From assembly GCA_035530895.1 (NCBI GenBank), contig DATKTW010000010.1:1-40425 (forward strand): a DNA stretch of 40,425 nucleotides. The letters run 5' to 3'. This DNA comes from Candidatus Nanopelagicaceae bacterium (GTDB lineage Archaea; Asgardarchaeota; Lokiarchaeia; Sigyniarchaeales; SOKP01). The notes under the pieces are model-generated. The model ran no database searches, was not told the DNA's origin, and saw only the letters and a program-made list of their open reading frames with translations. A program made the translations under genes and the position numbers. Each line of letters begins with the position of its first letter. Position 1 is the stretch's first letter. Of the stretch, positions 28,230 to 37,954 are shown piece by piece.

Positions 28230-29327
28230 ATAGGAACATGTAAATTTTGCGGCAGCTCTGACAAAACCATTTCAAATATACTCAGTGCATGTAGGAATTG
28301 CATTATTAACAACAATTGGAATTTAATTAAACCACATATCTTAGATGTTCATAAACAAGTTAGGAAGTTAATGGAATTACCATCTACACCCCCAAGAGGA
28401 AGTAAAAATGAACTAAAGTTGAGATGCAACTTCTGTATTAATGAATGTAGGTTGTCTGAAAACGATATTAGTTATTGTGGGTTGCGAAATATTAGCAAAA
28501 ATAAAAGTGGGGAATTGCCATTACCTTCGAAACAAAAAGGATATATTCATGGTTACCTCGATCCGATACCTACCAATTGTTGTAACGCGTGGTTTTGTTC
28601 TGCCGAGAACAATACTTATTCTTACGCAGCTTTTCTATACGGCTGCTCATTTGACTGTCTTTTTTGTCAGAATGCATCTCATAAACATTTTTCTAATTAT
28701 AACTTAACTGATGTTGAGGTTATAGCGAATATTATATATAAAAATAAAAAAATTACTTGTATATGCTATTTTGGTGGCACACCAGAAGTACAACTACCTT
28801 TTACAATTAATTTAGCTAATTTAATTATTGAGAAGATTGAGAAGGAAGATATTTCACGAAAATTTAGAGTATGCTGGGAATGGAATGGAACTGGGAATAC
28901 GGGTTTGGTTGAGGAATGCATGAGAATTGCTATTAGTTCCGGAGGTAATATTAAGTTCGATTTAAAAGCATTTAGCGAAAAGTTAAATATAGCATTATGT
29001 GGAATAAGCAATAGGCGAACGCTGGAAAATTTTCGATACCTGGGGGAAGAATATTTTGGTAAGCGAAATAATGATGTACCAGTAATGAGTGCCTGTACTT
29101 TATTAGTTCCAGGGTATGTAAACCACGAAGAGATTAGTCTGATTGCAAAATTTATTAGTGATATTGACATAAACATACCTTATAGCCTGTTAATCTTCCA
29201 TCCTGATTACCAGATGAAGGATTTACCTATAACACCTCGAAAACAGGTAGATCAGTGTATCAACGCTGCAAAGAAATATCTAAACAAAGTTAATTTAGGA
29301 AATAAGTTTCTACTAGGATTCTCGTAA
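28230..29327 (+). CDS. radical SAM protein (PflX/AmmeMemoRadiSam-like) with N-terminal Cys pairs
   Basis: CSFDCLFC motif; CNFCINEC, YCGLR, DPIPTNC, FGGTPE, TLLVPGY, FHPDY; frame extends upstream of ATG 28371 through CKFC/CRNC to ATA 28230. Confidence 0.85.
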   Translation: MGTCKFCGSSDKTISNILSACRNCIINNNWNLIKPHILDVHKQVRKLMELPSTPPRGSKNELKLRCNFCINECRLSENDISYCGLRNISKNKSGELPLPSKQKGYIHGYLDPIPTNCCNAWFCSAENNTYSYAAFLYGCSFDCLFCQNASHKHFSNYNLTDVEVIANIIYKNKKITCICYFGGTPEVQLPFTINLANLIIEKIEKEDISRKFRVCWEWNGTGNTGLVEECMRIAISSGGNIKFDLKAFSEKLNIALCGISNRRTLENFRYLGEEYFGKRNNDVPVMSACTLLVPGYVNHEEISLIAKFISDIDINIPYSLLIFHPDYQMKDLPITPRKQVDQCINAAKKYLNKVNLGNKFLLGFS

Positions 29328-29478
29328 TTTACTTTAAAATTTTCATAATATTCTATAAATTTAAGTCAATTTTTAGGGATTTTTCCAATTTTACGACTAC
29401 TTTTCTTTCAATAACAATCATTAATAGTAAAACAACATTTTTGTATAATTATTATAGGAAAAAAAATGGGATAGAAAA

Positions 29479-30576
29479 ATGAAGAGAGTCCAGACCATTG
29501 ATATGATTCGAGGATTTTGTATATTTCTTATGGTATTCGGACACTTACTTGATTGGTGGATAATAATCTCGGATAGATGGTTAATTTTTTATTTATTCTC
29601 GTTTATAGCGTCTATAGCCGCTACGGGATTTTTATTTATCTCTGGATTCAGCGCAGCAATAGCATTTAAAAGTAGGGTTAAAAAGGCAGAAATTTCTACT
29701 GACAATAGTATGACCCAGGCCAGGAACATCTATATCATTCGAGCATTACTATTATTGGCAATAAGTTTAATTTATAATACAGCAATTGCTTTAACACTAA
29801 ACGACTTGAGGTGGATTTGGGCTTGGAATGCTCTCCAAACAATTTCGATATCGCTCATATTGGCGTGGCCTTTATTACGCACCCCTAAATATTTGCGAAT
29901 TGGTTTAGGAATTGGATTATTAGTTGTTAATGAAATGCTATCACCATTTTTACTTACATATAGCGGTCAACTAAATACTTATGGCGTTTTATTCCACATA
30001 TTTTACCATCCAATAGAAGCATTTACGATTTTGCCTTATTTCGCAATATTCATAATCGGAACTGTAGTTGGAGATTTCTTCTTTAATTTCAATAACATTA
30101 AGGATTCAGATGAAAGGAAAGAGTCTATAAAGTGCGTGTTTATAAGGACGATATTGATAGTAGGGATAATATTTACTTCATTCGGCATTATATATCGTTT
30201 TTATGATTTTTTTTATCGCCGAACTCTTTCGGCTATGTTTTATTCTATTGGGGTTATCTTCATTTTGCTCGCAATACTCTTGTATCTCGAGGAATTTGAA
30301 AAAATAAAACCGAAAAAAAGATATAGATTCTTCTTTTATTTCTCATTTTACTCTTTTACTATCTATTTAGCTCACGATCTGTTGTATTTTATATTTTATC
30401 GTCAATTAAACGCTATAAATATTTGGTTAGTTGTTATAGGGATATTTATTTTAATAACACTTTTACTCAAGGGTATGCATAAAACGTTAGGAAGAAAAGT
30501 CTCATTAAAAGCACAATTGGGTATCTTAAGTGTAATAATCGCAAATAAAATCGAACAAAGGAAAAGTAGAAATTAG
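29479..30576 (+). CDS. membrane acyltransferase, HGSNAT/DUF1624-like
   Basis: RVQTIDMIRG...M..GH, FLFISGFS, WNALQTI, SFTIYLAH; multi-TM. Confidence 0.8.
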   Translation: MKRVQTIDMIRGFCIFLMVFGHLLDWWIIISDRWLIFYLFSFIASIAATGFLFISGFSAAIAFKSRVKKAEISTDNSMTQARNIYIIRALLLLAISLIYNTAIALTLNDLRWIWAWNALQTISISLILAWPLLRTPKYLRIGLGIGLLVVNEMLSPFLLTYSGQLNTYGVLFHIFYHPIEAFTILPYFAIFIIGTVVGDFFFNFNNIKDSDERKESIKCVFIRTILIVGIIFTSFGIIYRFYDFFYRRTLSAMFYSIGVIFILLAILLYLEEFEKIKPKKRYRFFFYFSFYSFTIYLAHDLLYFIFYRQLNAINIWLVVIGIFILITLLLKGMHKTLGRKVSLKAQLGILSVIIANKIEQRKSRN

Positions 30577-30663
30577 AAAATTAAGGTCTTTTAAGGTATT
30601 AATGATAAAATTTATTACATTTTGATAATTTTTTTAACTACTCAATTAAAAAAAGTTTAAAAA

Positions 30664-30969
30664 ATGCAACAAGCACGTATAAGACTTAGTAGCACTCAAT
30701 TACCTGCTTTGAAAGCTGTGTGTGAGCAAATTGAAAGCGTGTGTAAGAATCAAGGAATTAGAAAACTAGGTCCTATTCCTTTACCTACAAAGAGCTTACG
30801 AGTTCCCGTGATGAAAGCACCATCTGGGCAAGGTACATCGACCTGGGCAAAATTCGAAATGAGAATTCACAAACGACTTTTTGAAATAACTGCCAACGAA
30901 CGTTCGATGCACCTTATTATGAAAATTCAAATTCCTGAGTCAGTTTTAGTAGAAATTGAGTTAATGTAG
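30664..30969 (+). CDS. rpsJ: 30S ribosomal protein uS10
   Basis: ARIRLSS, GPIPLPTK, P.G.GT.TW..FEMRIHKRL (archaeal/eukaryotic type). Confidence 0.97.
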   Translation: MQQARIRLSSTQLPALKAVCEQIESVCKNQGIRKLGPIPLPTKSLRVPVMKAPSGQGTSTWAKFEMRIHKRLFEITANERSMHLIMKIQIPESVLVEIELM

Positions 30970-31040
30970 TAATACTTATTTCTTTGGATTTTTAATATCT
31001 TTTCAAGAGAATTAATATAATTTGCATTTATCCCTTATTT

Positions 31041-31559
31041 ATGCCCTTTACACCATTTCATTTTGGTCCAGGTTTACTTATTAGTTTAACATTTCTTTCG
31101 TTCATTGATATTCCTACTTTCTTAATAGCGAGTGTAATTATTGATGTTGAACCATTTTTAGTTTTGGTTTTTCAATTAAATTATCCCCTTCATGGGTTTT
31201 TCCATAGTTTTTTAGGAGGTTTTATCGTCGCCGTTCTTTTAACTATGGTTATGAGTAAAATTAGGAGGTACTTTACACCTTTGCTTACATTTTTTAAATT
31301 AGAACAATCTATATCGTTTAAAAAAATATTTTTTTCGAGTACTTGTGCCATTTTTCTCCATATATTATTGGACTCTCCTATGTACTTGGATATTCGACCA
31401 TTTTTCCCATTTGAATTTAATCCATTTTATCGTAGTACTATATGGCCTGGATTAAGTGAGTATTTGATATGTGTTTGGTGTTTTGTAGGGGCAATATTAG
31501 TATATATAATTAGACTGCTTCAACATAAAATTAAAATTAAAAAACCCCCCTTAATGTGA
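31041..31559 (+). CDS. membrane-bound metal-dependent hydrolase-like protein
   Basis: MPFTPFH.GP, D.EP, LHGFFHS, LHILLD and PF.P motifs. Confidence 0.8.
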   Translation: MPFTPFHFGPGLLISLTFLSFIDIPTFLIASVIIDVEPFLVLVFQLNYPLHGFFHSFLGGFIVAVLLTMVMSKIRRYFTPLLTFFKLEQSISFKKIFFSSTCAIFLHILLDSPMYLDIRPFFPFEFNPFYRSTIWPGLSEYLICVWCFVGAILVYIIRLLQHKIKIKKPPLM

Positions 31560-31565
31560 TTCCAT

Positions 31566-32393
31566 ATGTCTGATGATTTTTCTCTTGATTCCGGTTCCAT
31601 AGAAGAAACTATGCTAGGACCATTATGGGCTCGAGCAACCTATAGTAAACTATATCCTGAAATATTAGATGAACAGCAAGCTATACAAATTATTGAGAAA
31701 CTAGATTACGATTTTACCAATATTTCGATTTATTTAAAAGAGTGGAGATTTCTAGGATTGTTAGTTAGAGCTAAAAGTTTTGATGAAGCAATTAAGAGGT
31801 ACATTGAATATTATCCCGACTCAACAGTGGTAAATATAGGATCTGGGTTAGATACTACATTTTTTCGCGTTGATAATGGTACTATTAAATGGGTTAATTT
31901 GGACTTGTCTGATGCAATTAAATATTGCAATCAAGTTATATCGGAAACATCTAGAAGTAAGAATATTTCTAAATCTGCGTTTGATTACAGCTGGATGGAT
32001 GAAATTGATTATAAGCCTGAAAATGGGATTATATTTTTTGCAGGAGGGTTTGTGTACTATTACGAAAAAAAAGAAATACGCAACCTTCTCGAATGCATGG
32101 CAAATAGATTTCCCGGGGGAGAATTTATTTTTGAAGGCATTTCAAAACTAGCTATTAAAGTTATTAATAGGAGGGCAAAAAAAGCCGGTGTAGATATACG
32201 CGTCCATTATGGAATAGGTAATCCTACGAATGAATTCTCAAACTGGTCGAAAAATATTGAACTGATTGATTGGTATACTATCTGAGCTCGTACACCCATT
32301 AATCCAAACTGGTCAAAAAAAACCCTAAAAATGCTCAAAGTTTCAGAGCGACTTAAAACAAGTAAGATAATTCACTTAAAATTTTTAGGATGA
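31566..32393 (+). pseudogene. LCM/TcmP-type SAM methyltransferase with in-frame TGA at 32283
   Basis: ETMLGPLWARA, VVNIGSGLDTTFFRVDNG; after the TGA the frame continues 35 codons (ARTPINPNWSKKTLKMLKVSERLKTSKIIHLKFLG) to TGA 32391-32393. Confidence 0.7.
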
Positions 32394-32448
32394 ATTTAAA
32401 TCAATAGATAAATATTATGTTTTTAAAACATAGAGCTCTTTTTGAATT

Positions 32449-33171
32449 ATGACAGATTATCATACTAAAACATTTTATGGTCAAAAATCAAGCATTACCC
32501 TTACAAGCCCTTCTAAGTCGGCTCCGCATGTTTTCTTAAATTGTATAAAACGTAAGGAAGATGGGACATGGGAGAAAATATCGGAGGGAGAAGGGAAAAC
32601 TGTTAAGATAAGTATTGAAGAAATCATTTGTATATTAGAAGTTCTTCTTAAAAAGAGCGCAAATTGGAGAGGTTTTCACATCTTTAAAGAGCGTAAAACA
32701 GAAATATATGTAGGCTGGGAAAAAGAATCTCGTGAAGTAATTCAAATTAGAATTGGTGAATACATAAAGAAACTCCGTTTTCCTAATCTAAATTTTTTCA
32801 CCTTAATGCTTGAACATATATTAAGCGAAAAAATTGAATTTGCTACTAGCGGAAAATCTAAGAAGAAATCAAAGGACGGAGATACTCAGGAAGAGGGCGA
32901 TTATAGCCTATTTTCTGAACAAATCATTGCAAGAGACGGATTACAAGTAGTAGAAACTACGGAAGTAGGTGTTTTAGAAGAAACAATCGAGATTAAAGCT
33001 AAAGTTAAAGTAGAAAGCCCTAAAGCTCTTTTAATAGCATTAGAATCGGATAAAGAATTTTGGATTCCAAAAAGCACAATCCACAACAATTACGATGTGG
33101 AAAACAAAAAGAAACTGCAAACACTTATTGTGGATAAATGGATTATAGAAAAACAAAGAATAGTCAAATGA
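32449..33171 (+). CDS. two-domain hypothetical protein
   Basis: 240 aa; beta-rich N-domain, charged linker, C-domain ESPKALLI...FWIPKS.I. Confidence 0.8.
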   Translation: MTDYHTKTFYGQKSSITLTSPSKSAPHVFLNCIKRKEDGTWEKISEGEGKTVKISIEEIICILEVLLKKSANWRGFHIFKERKTEIYVGWEKESREVIQIRIGEYIKKLRFPNLNFFTLMLEHILSEKIEFATSGKSKKKSKDGDTQEEGDYSLFSEQIIARDGLQVVETTEVGVLEETIEIKAKVKVESPKALLIALESDKEFWIPKSTIHNNYDVENKKKLQTLIVDKWIIEKQRIVK

Positions 33172-33368
33172 TAAGTAAAGATACAAGTGAAAAATTTTAT
33201 AGCAAGCCATTATTTGTGAATTTACTATTATTAGTTATGAATCTATTTTTGTTTTTATTCAAGCTTATTGTTTCTAGTTTAAGTGGAAGTTTAGCCATTC
33301 AAGCAGATGCTTTTGATAGTTTAACTGAGATTGTCGAACAAGAAACACAAATTCAAGTCTTAAAATAA
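33168..33368 (+). pseudogene. truncated cation diffusion facilitator fragment
   Basis: TM1-TM2 of a CDF (FKLIVS.LSGSLAIQADAFDSLT) then stop after about 13 aa; ATGA-coupled to the upstream gene. Confidence 0.65.
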
Positions 33369-33413
33369 GAAATATTTACCTAAGAACATTTTATTATTTA
33401 ATTAAACTTTTAA

Positions 33414-34262
33414 TTGATTTCTATGGAACTCTCTATTAACCTGTTAAAGAAAATTGCGTTAAATGTATATGATGTAATTCACCCTATTTTAGGATCTAGT
33501 TTAGCCGCAGAAAAATCTCAGAGAGGCGCAGGAGGTGATATCTCCATGCAAATAGACTTACTTGCAGAAAAAATCATTATAGACGCTTTAAAGAGTGAAA
33601 AAGTAAATACTTTGCTTATTAGTGAAGAAATTGGAGAAAAATACATCGGAAATAGAGATAAAGCGATTAATAACCATAATATTCTTATTATTGATCCCGT
33701 TGATGGTTCCAACAACGCTGTACGAGGAATTCCTTATTGTTCAGTTTCAATCGCCTATGCGATAGGTAAGAGTATAAAGGACATAAAAAAAGCTGTGGTA
33801 TTAGATTTAGTTTCAAAAGACATTTATTGGGCTGTTAAAGGAGAAGGTGCTTATCTAAACGGTAAGAAAATTCGCGTTTCAAATCTGGACCTTTCAGATA
33901 ATTGCATTTTTGAGCTGAATCTTCCAAAGAAAAACGCTTTTACATATATCGAGAGTTTAAAACCAATTATTGAACGATTCCATCGTATTAGAATACTAGG
34001 GAGTTGTGCTTTAACCTTATGCCAAATTGCTAAGGGCAGTATAGAAGCTTTTATTAATTTACGAGAATCTAATAGGTTAGTTGATGTTGCTGCTGGCCTT
34101 CTAATACTCAAAGAAGCAAATGGTCAATTTTTCTCTCTTGATGGAAGCGAAATTGATCAAAAACTATCCATAACCTTAAAATTTCCCTTTGTAGCTTGTA
34201 ATGCGAATTTAGAAGCTTTCTTAAAAAATGAATTAAAAGATATTAATCAGGAATATTTATAG
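33414..34262 (+). CDS. suhB: inositol monophosphatase / FBPase (archaeal bifunctional family)
   Basis: ID..AE, SEE, IDPVDGS.N, RILGS.AL, DVAAG; start may be ATG 33423. Confidence 0.9.
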   Translation: MISMELSINLLKKIALNVYDVIHPILGSSLAAEKSQRGAGGDISMQIDLLAEKIIIDALKSEKVNTLLISEEIGEKYIGNRDKAINNHNILIIDPVDGSNNAVRGIPYCSVSIAYAIGKSIKDIKKAVVLDLVSKDIYWAVKGEGAYLNGKKIRVSNLDLSDNCIFELNLPKKNAFTYIESLKPIIERFHRIRILGSCALTLCQIAKGSIEAFINLRESNRLVDVAAGLLILKEANGQFFSLDGSEIDQKLSITLKFPFVACNANLEAFLKNELKDINQEYL

Positions 34263-35322
34263 GATAAGTCCCGTATTTTCTCTTAATATTTTGCATAGCT
34301 TCAAATCTGTCGAGTGTAACTGCGGGATGTATGCTATGCCCTGAACTAAAGATATAGCCCCCTCTGGGTGCTAATTCCCGTAGTAGTCTTTTGGAATAAT
34401 CTTCAATCTCAGAAATCTCTCCTACAGCTAACATGACAGGGCTTAAATTACCCACAAAGGTAATTTTATCGCCAAATTTTTCATTTAACTTAAATATGTC
34501 ATATTCTGGGTTAGCGGTTGTAGATTCAATGGGATGCATTGCATCCACTCCGCAGCTTATAATGTCTTCAAAAATTTCTAAAAGATCCCCATCTGAATGT
34601 AGAAGTATTTTGCAATTATGCTTATGAGCTGTATCACATATTTGTTTTAACCATGGAAATATATGTTTTCGATATAAGCTTGGTCTCATGAATAGTCCGT
34701 TTTTAAATCCGTAATCATCCCATAGTAACACCATTTTGGCATCGTTTTCCGCTAAGATTTTCACTAGCTCTACTGTGAAGGTCCCTCTGTCGTCAAAAAT
34801 CCTCTTCATTTGCTTCTCGTTGCCTAAGATTCTTGAAAATGTTTCAATTCCAAAACCTTCCCAAGCACATTCCATAAGAGCGCCAGTTGAAGGGATAGAA
34901 AAAACTGCGTCATCCATTTCTTTTTGAACACTTCTTCCTGATAGAAATTGATCCATTCGAGTTTGTAAATTTGGATCTGGCTGTTCCCAACTTTCGTAGT
35001 CCTCAAACGACTTGAAGTGCCCTCCGTGGTAAGCTAAGATCATAGTTTTGTCTTCAGCATATTGAAATTTCATTACTCTACCATACTCATCGATATATCC
35101 TCCCCTAAACATTTTCCGGGGAAATACACTTACAAAACTAGTGACTAAATCTATTCCTGCTTTACTAAAAAAGTTATATATGTTTTTATATCCACGACCT
35201 CCACTAGGGTTTACACCATAATGTTTTATTATAGTATTGTTTGTAAACGCACTTTCAAAAGCGGGAACTTTATCCGGCTCTTTATGCTCAATAGTAGTTA
35301 AAACTCTTTCTGGAGCATTCAT
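34243..35322 (-). CDS. uroporphyrinogen decarboxylase family protein (MtaA/CmuA-like)
   Basis: ERV....H.EPD.VP, DDYG, LHSDG, GN, GGYIFSSGHSI. Confidence 0.88.
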   Translation of the reverse strand: MNAPERVLTTIEHKEPDKVPAFESAFTNNTIIKHYGVNPSGGRGYKNIYNFFSKAGIDLVTSFVSVFPRKMFRGGYIDEYGRVMKFQYAEDKTMILAYHGGHFKSFEDYESWEQPDPNLQTRMDQFLSGRSVQKEMDDAVFSIPSTGALMECAWEGFGIETFSRILGNEKQMKRIFDDRGTFTVELVKILAENDAKMVLLWDDYGFKNGLFMRPSLYRKHIFPWLKQICDTAHKHNCKILLHSDGDLLEIFEDIISCGVDAMHPIESTTANPEYDIFKLNEKFGDKITFVGNLSPVMLAVGEISEIEDYSKRLLRELAPRGGYIFSSGHSIHPAVTLDRFEAMQNIKRKYGTYPINIPD

Positions 35323-35425
35323 TAAATCTCAAGTTAATAATCTTTTATTAAAATCCTATATTACATTAAAAAGGTCTTTAAAATATAAAAGTTTAATTTT
35401 ACAAATTTGTAGGGCTGATTTCGTT

Positions 35426-36028
35426 TTGAGCGAACTTAAAAGACTAACAACAAACTTCTTTTCAAGAGATACGGTCGAAGTAGGTAAGGATCTCTTAGGT
35501 AGATACCTAATAAAGAAAACTGAGAAAGGAGATATGATAGGAAAAATAGTAGAAGTCGAAGCTTATTTAGGTCCAAACGATAAAGCCTGCCACGCATTTA
35601 ATTACAAAAAAACAGAAAAAACTAAAGTAATGTTTATGAAACCAGGTACTCTTTATGTTTATTACATCTATGGTACGTATTTCTGTCTTAATGTTATTAC
35701 TGAACCAGAAGGGATACCATGTGCTATTTTCATAAGAAAATTGTTCCCAATTGGGGGAATTGAATTAATGAAAGAAAACAGAACGGTAAAAATCGGAAGG
35801 AATTATAAGAATTTGGCTGATGGACCAAGCAAGTTGTGCATGGCATTGAATATAACTAAAGAAAAATATAACCGTAAAGACTCCTGCGCGGAAAGCTCAA
35901 AACTCTATTTTGCTCAAGGGAAAAATATTGGAGATAAAAAAATTACATTAGGTAAGAGAATTGGGATAGAATATGCGGAAGAAGACAAAGATCGTCTTCT
36001 ACGTTTTACTTTAGAACAAGAATTATAA
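35426..36028 (+). CDS. mpg: DNA-3-methyladenine glycosylase (MPG/AAG family)
   Basis: FFSRD..EV.KDLLG, IVEVEAYLG..DKACHA, YVY.IYG, GPSKL, RIGI; TTG 35426 chosen because the longer ORF overlaps the divergent gene. Confidence 0.93.
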   Translation: MSELKRLTTNFFSRDTVEVGKDLLGRYLIKKTEKGDMIGKIVEVEAYLGPNDKACHAFNYKKTEKTKVMFMKPGTLYVYYIYGTYFCLNVITEPEGIPCAIFIRKLFPIGGIELMKENRTVKIGRNYKNLADGPSKLCMALNITKEKYNRKDSCAESSKLYFAQGKNIGDKKITLGKRIGIEYAEEDKDRLLRFTLEQEL

Positions 36029-36059
36029 AAAACCTAAATCTCGATTCCAATTCAAATAC

Positions 36060-36328
36060 TATGACCAGATAATATGCTCCTCCCCGACCTTACCATAAAG
36101 CGTGAACACCTAAACTTACGATTGCTCCATCCCTGGCCTGATCGGGTTTGTTATTACGAGCTTATGCCTTTCCTACGAAAGGCACTACTCTGGCACCCAC
36201 CATTATGGGGATCGCTTCGACGGAACATAAAATTGGATAATATTCCTCATGAAACCTGAATCTAGGCAATTTGCGCTAAAGACCATTTTACGCTTCATCC
36301 AATATAGGATTGCAGAACGGGCCTAATG
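36060..36328 (-). ncRNA. ffs: signal recognition particle (7S) RNA
   Basis: Minus strand: helix 8 CAGGCCA-GGGA-TGGAGCA (SRP54 site), helix 6 TGCCTTTC-GTAG-GAAAGGCA, long helix-5 pairings (CCATAA/TTATGG, TATGTTCC/GGAGCATA), CTGCAATCC Alu-like motif, TATA-like box at ~36351-36360; ends approximate. Confidence 0.85.
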
Positions 36329-36403
36329 TTCCAAGAAATACAATGAATGCATTAATAAAAACTTGATGGACTATTGAAAATAAGAGAGATAAAGCTTAAG
36401 GGA

Positions 36404-36547
36404 TTAATCTAGGGTTAATTCTTTATTGATTTTACGTCGTAATATCGATAAAAATTCTTCAGTATCTGGAAAGACATAAGTTATATTGTCTCCATCGTCT
36501 TCAATAGTTACTTCTTTGAAAAATTTACCTTCTACTTTCATTCTCAT
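36404..36547 (-). CDS. 47-aa hypothetical protein (not in ORF track)
   Basis: MRMKVEGKFFKEVTIEDDGDNITYVFPDTEEFLSILRRKINKELTLD, ATG 36547 to TAA 36404; protein-like composition, fills the gap. Confidence 0.55.
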   Translation of the reverse strand: MRMKVEGKFFKEVTIEDDGDNITYVFPDTEEFLSILRRKINKELTLD

Positions 36548-36707
36548 ATCATTTAATATCATACTAAAAGAATATTAATCGAATTTCAAAAAACTGCATA
36601 ACATGGAAGTAATATTAAGTTAAACTTTATGTAAAACCAAAAATAAGCTAAAATATACTTCAATTATCATAAAATAATGAATTAATAGTAAATTTTAAGG
36701 GATTACT

Positions 36708-37811
36708 ATGTCTGAAAATATTATATATCTCGACGCAGAAACACTTGAAAGTTTTATGAGAGATGTTTTTATTGGGCTTGGGGTGCCTAAAGACGACGCT
36801 CACATTATTGCTAAAGTATTAATTGCTTCTGATATTCGAGGGATTGATACTCATGGAATACAGCGCTGTAAGATGTATTTCGATAGAATAAAGGCGGGTA
36901 TCTATGAGGTAGATACAAAAATCGATATCATTAAGGATGGTCCAACGACTGCTCTTTGGGATGGAAATTGTGGAATGGGACATGTTATTGCTTATAAAGC
37001 TATGAAAAAAGCAATTGAAAAAGCGAAAATGTATGGACTAGGCTCTGTAGCAGTCAGAAATTCAACTCATTTTGGCATTGCGGGCTACTATTCGCTCATG
37101 GCAATAAAGGAGGGGATGATTGGTTTTGCAGTAACTAACGCTCGACCCTCCATGCCACCTACTTTTGGAGTCGAACCGATGCTTGGCACAAACCCTTTAA
37201 CTGCGGGCGCACCAACGGACGAAGAGTTCCCCTTTTTAATTGATTGTGCTACTACTATTGTTCAAAGGGGTAAAGTAGAGTTATATAATAGAATAAATAA
37301 ACCTTTGCCTGATGGGGTTGTAATAACGGATGAGGGAAAGACAGAAACTGACCCTGCTACAATATTGGAAAATATGGGTAAAGGTAAAGCTGCTTTACTG
37401 CCTTTAGGTGGTAAGGGAGAAGAAACTTCTGGGTATAAAGGTTATGGTTACGCCACATTGGTTGAATTATTATCAGCAGCCTTACAAGATGGAATATACC
37501 TTAAAGATACAGTAGGGATCGTAGAAAATGGTCAAAAAAGATTAAAAGTGGGGCATTTCTTTTTAGCAATTAATATTGAGAGTTTTCTCCCTCTTGAAGT
37601 TTTTAAAAAGACAGCAGGAAACATCATGAGAGGTCTTCGATCTTCAAAGAAAGAACCCGGAGCAGACCGAATTTACACAGCAGGCGAAAAGGAATATGAT
37701 GCTATGACAAGAAGAGGAAAAATGGGAATACCTCTTAATAAAAGTTTACAAGAAGATATAAAAATTATGCGAGAAGAACTCAATTTGGATAAATATAAAT
37801 CTCTTTTTTAA
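36708..37811 (+). CDS. Ldh_2 family (type 2 malate/L-lactate/sulfolactate) dehydrogenase, paralog 1
   Basis: D.RGIDTHG, VRNSTHFG, GTNP, D.ATT, GYKGYG. Confidence 0.92.
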   Translation: MSENIIYLDAETLESFMRDVFIGLGVPKDDAHIIAKVLIASDIRGIDTHGIQRCKMYFDRIKAGIYEVDTKIDIIKDGPTTALWDGNCGMGHVIAYKAMKKAIEKAKMYGLGSVAVRNSTHFGIAGYYSLMAIKEGMIGFAVTNARPSMPPTFGVEPMLGTNPLTAGAPTDEEFPFLIDCATTIVQRGKVELYNRINKPLPDGVVITDEGKTETDPATILENMGKGKAALLPLGGKGEETSGYKGYGYATLVELLSAALQDGIYLKDTVGIVENGQKRLKVGHFFLAINIESFLPLEVFKKTAGNIMRGLRSSKKEPGADRIYTAGEKEYDAMTRRGKMGIPLNKSLQEDIKIMREELNLDKYKSLF

Positions 37812-37954
37812 AAAATGTTCTCTTTTTTTAATTTTTATTAAGAAAAGAGCAAAGAATTAATAAGTTTAGAGCTGTAAATACGAACTTTCAACTTATATTA
37901 GATATGATTTTTATTAAATAGTCTTCTAGATAAATAACTTCTATTGCATTCAAA

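Noticed and set aside
35237-35425. N-terminal extension of the MPG ORF
   Set aside because: Overlaps the start and promoter of the divergent UroD-family gene; similarity to the family starts near TTG 35426
36074-36259. 61-aa ORF
   Set aside because: Antisense to the SRP RNA
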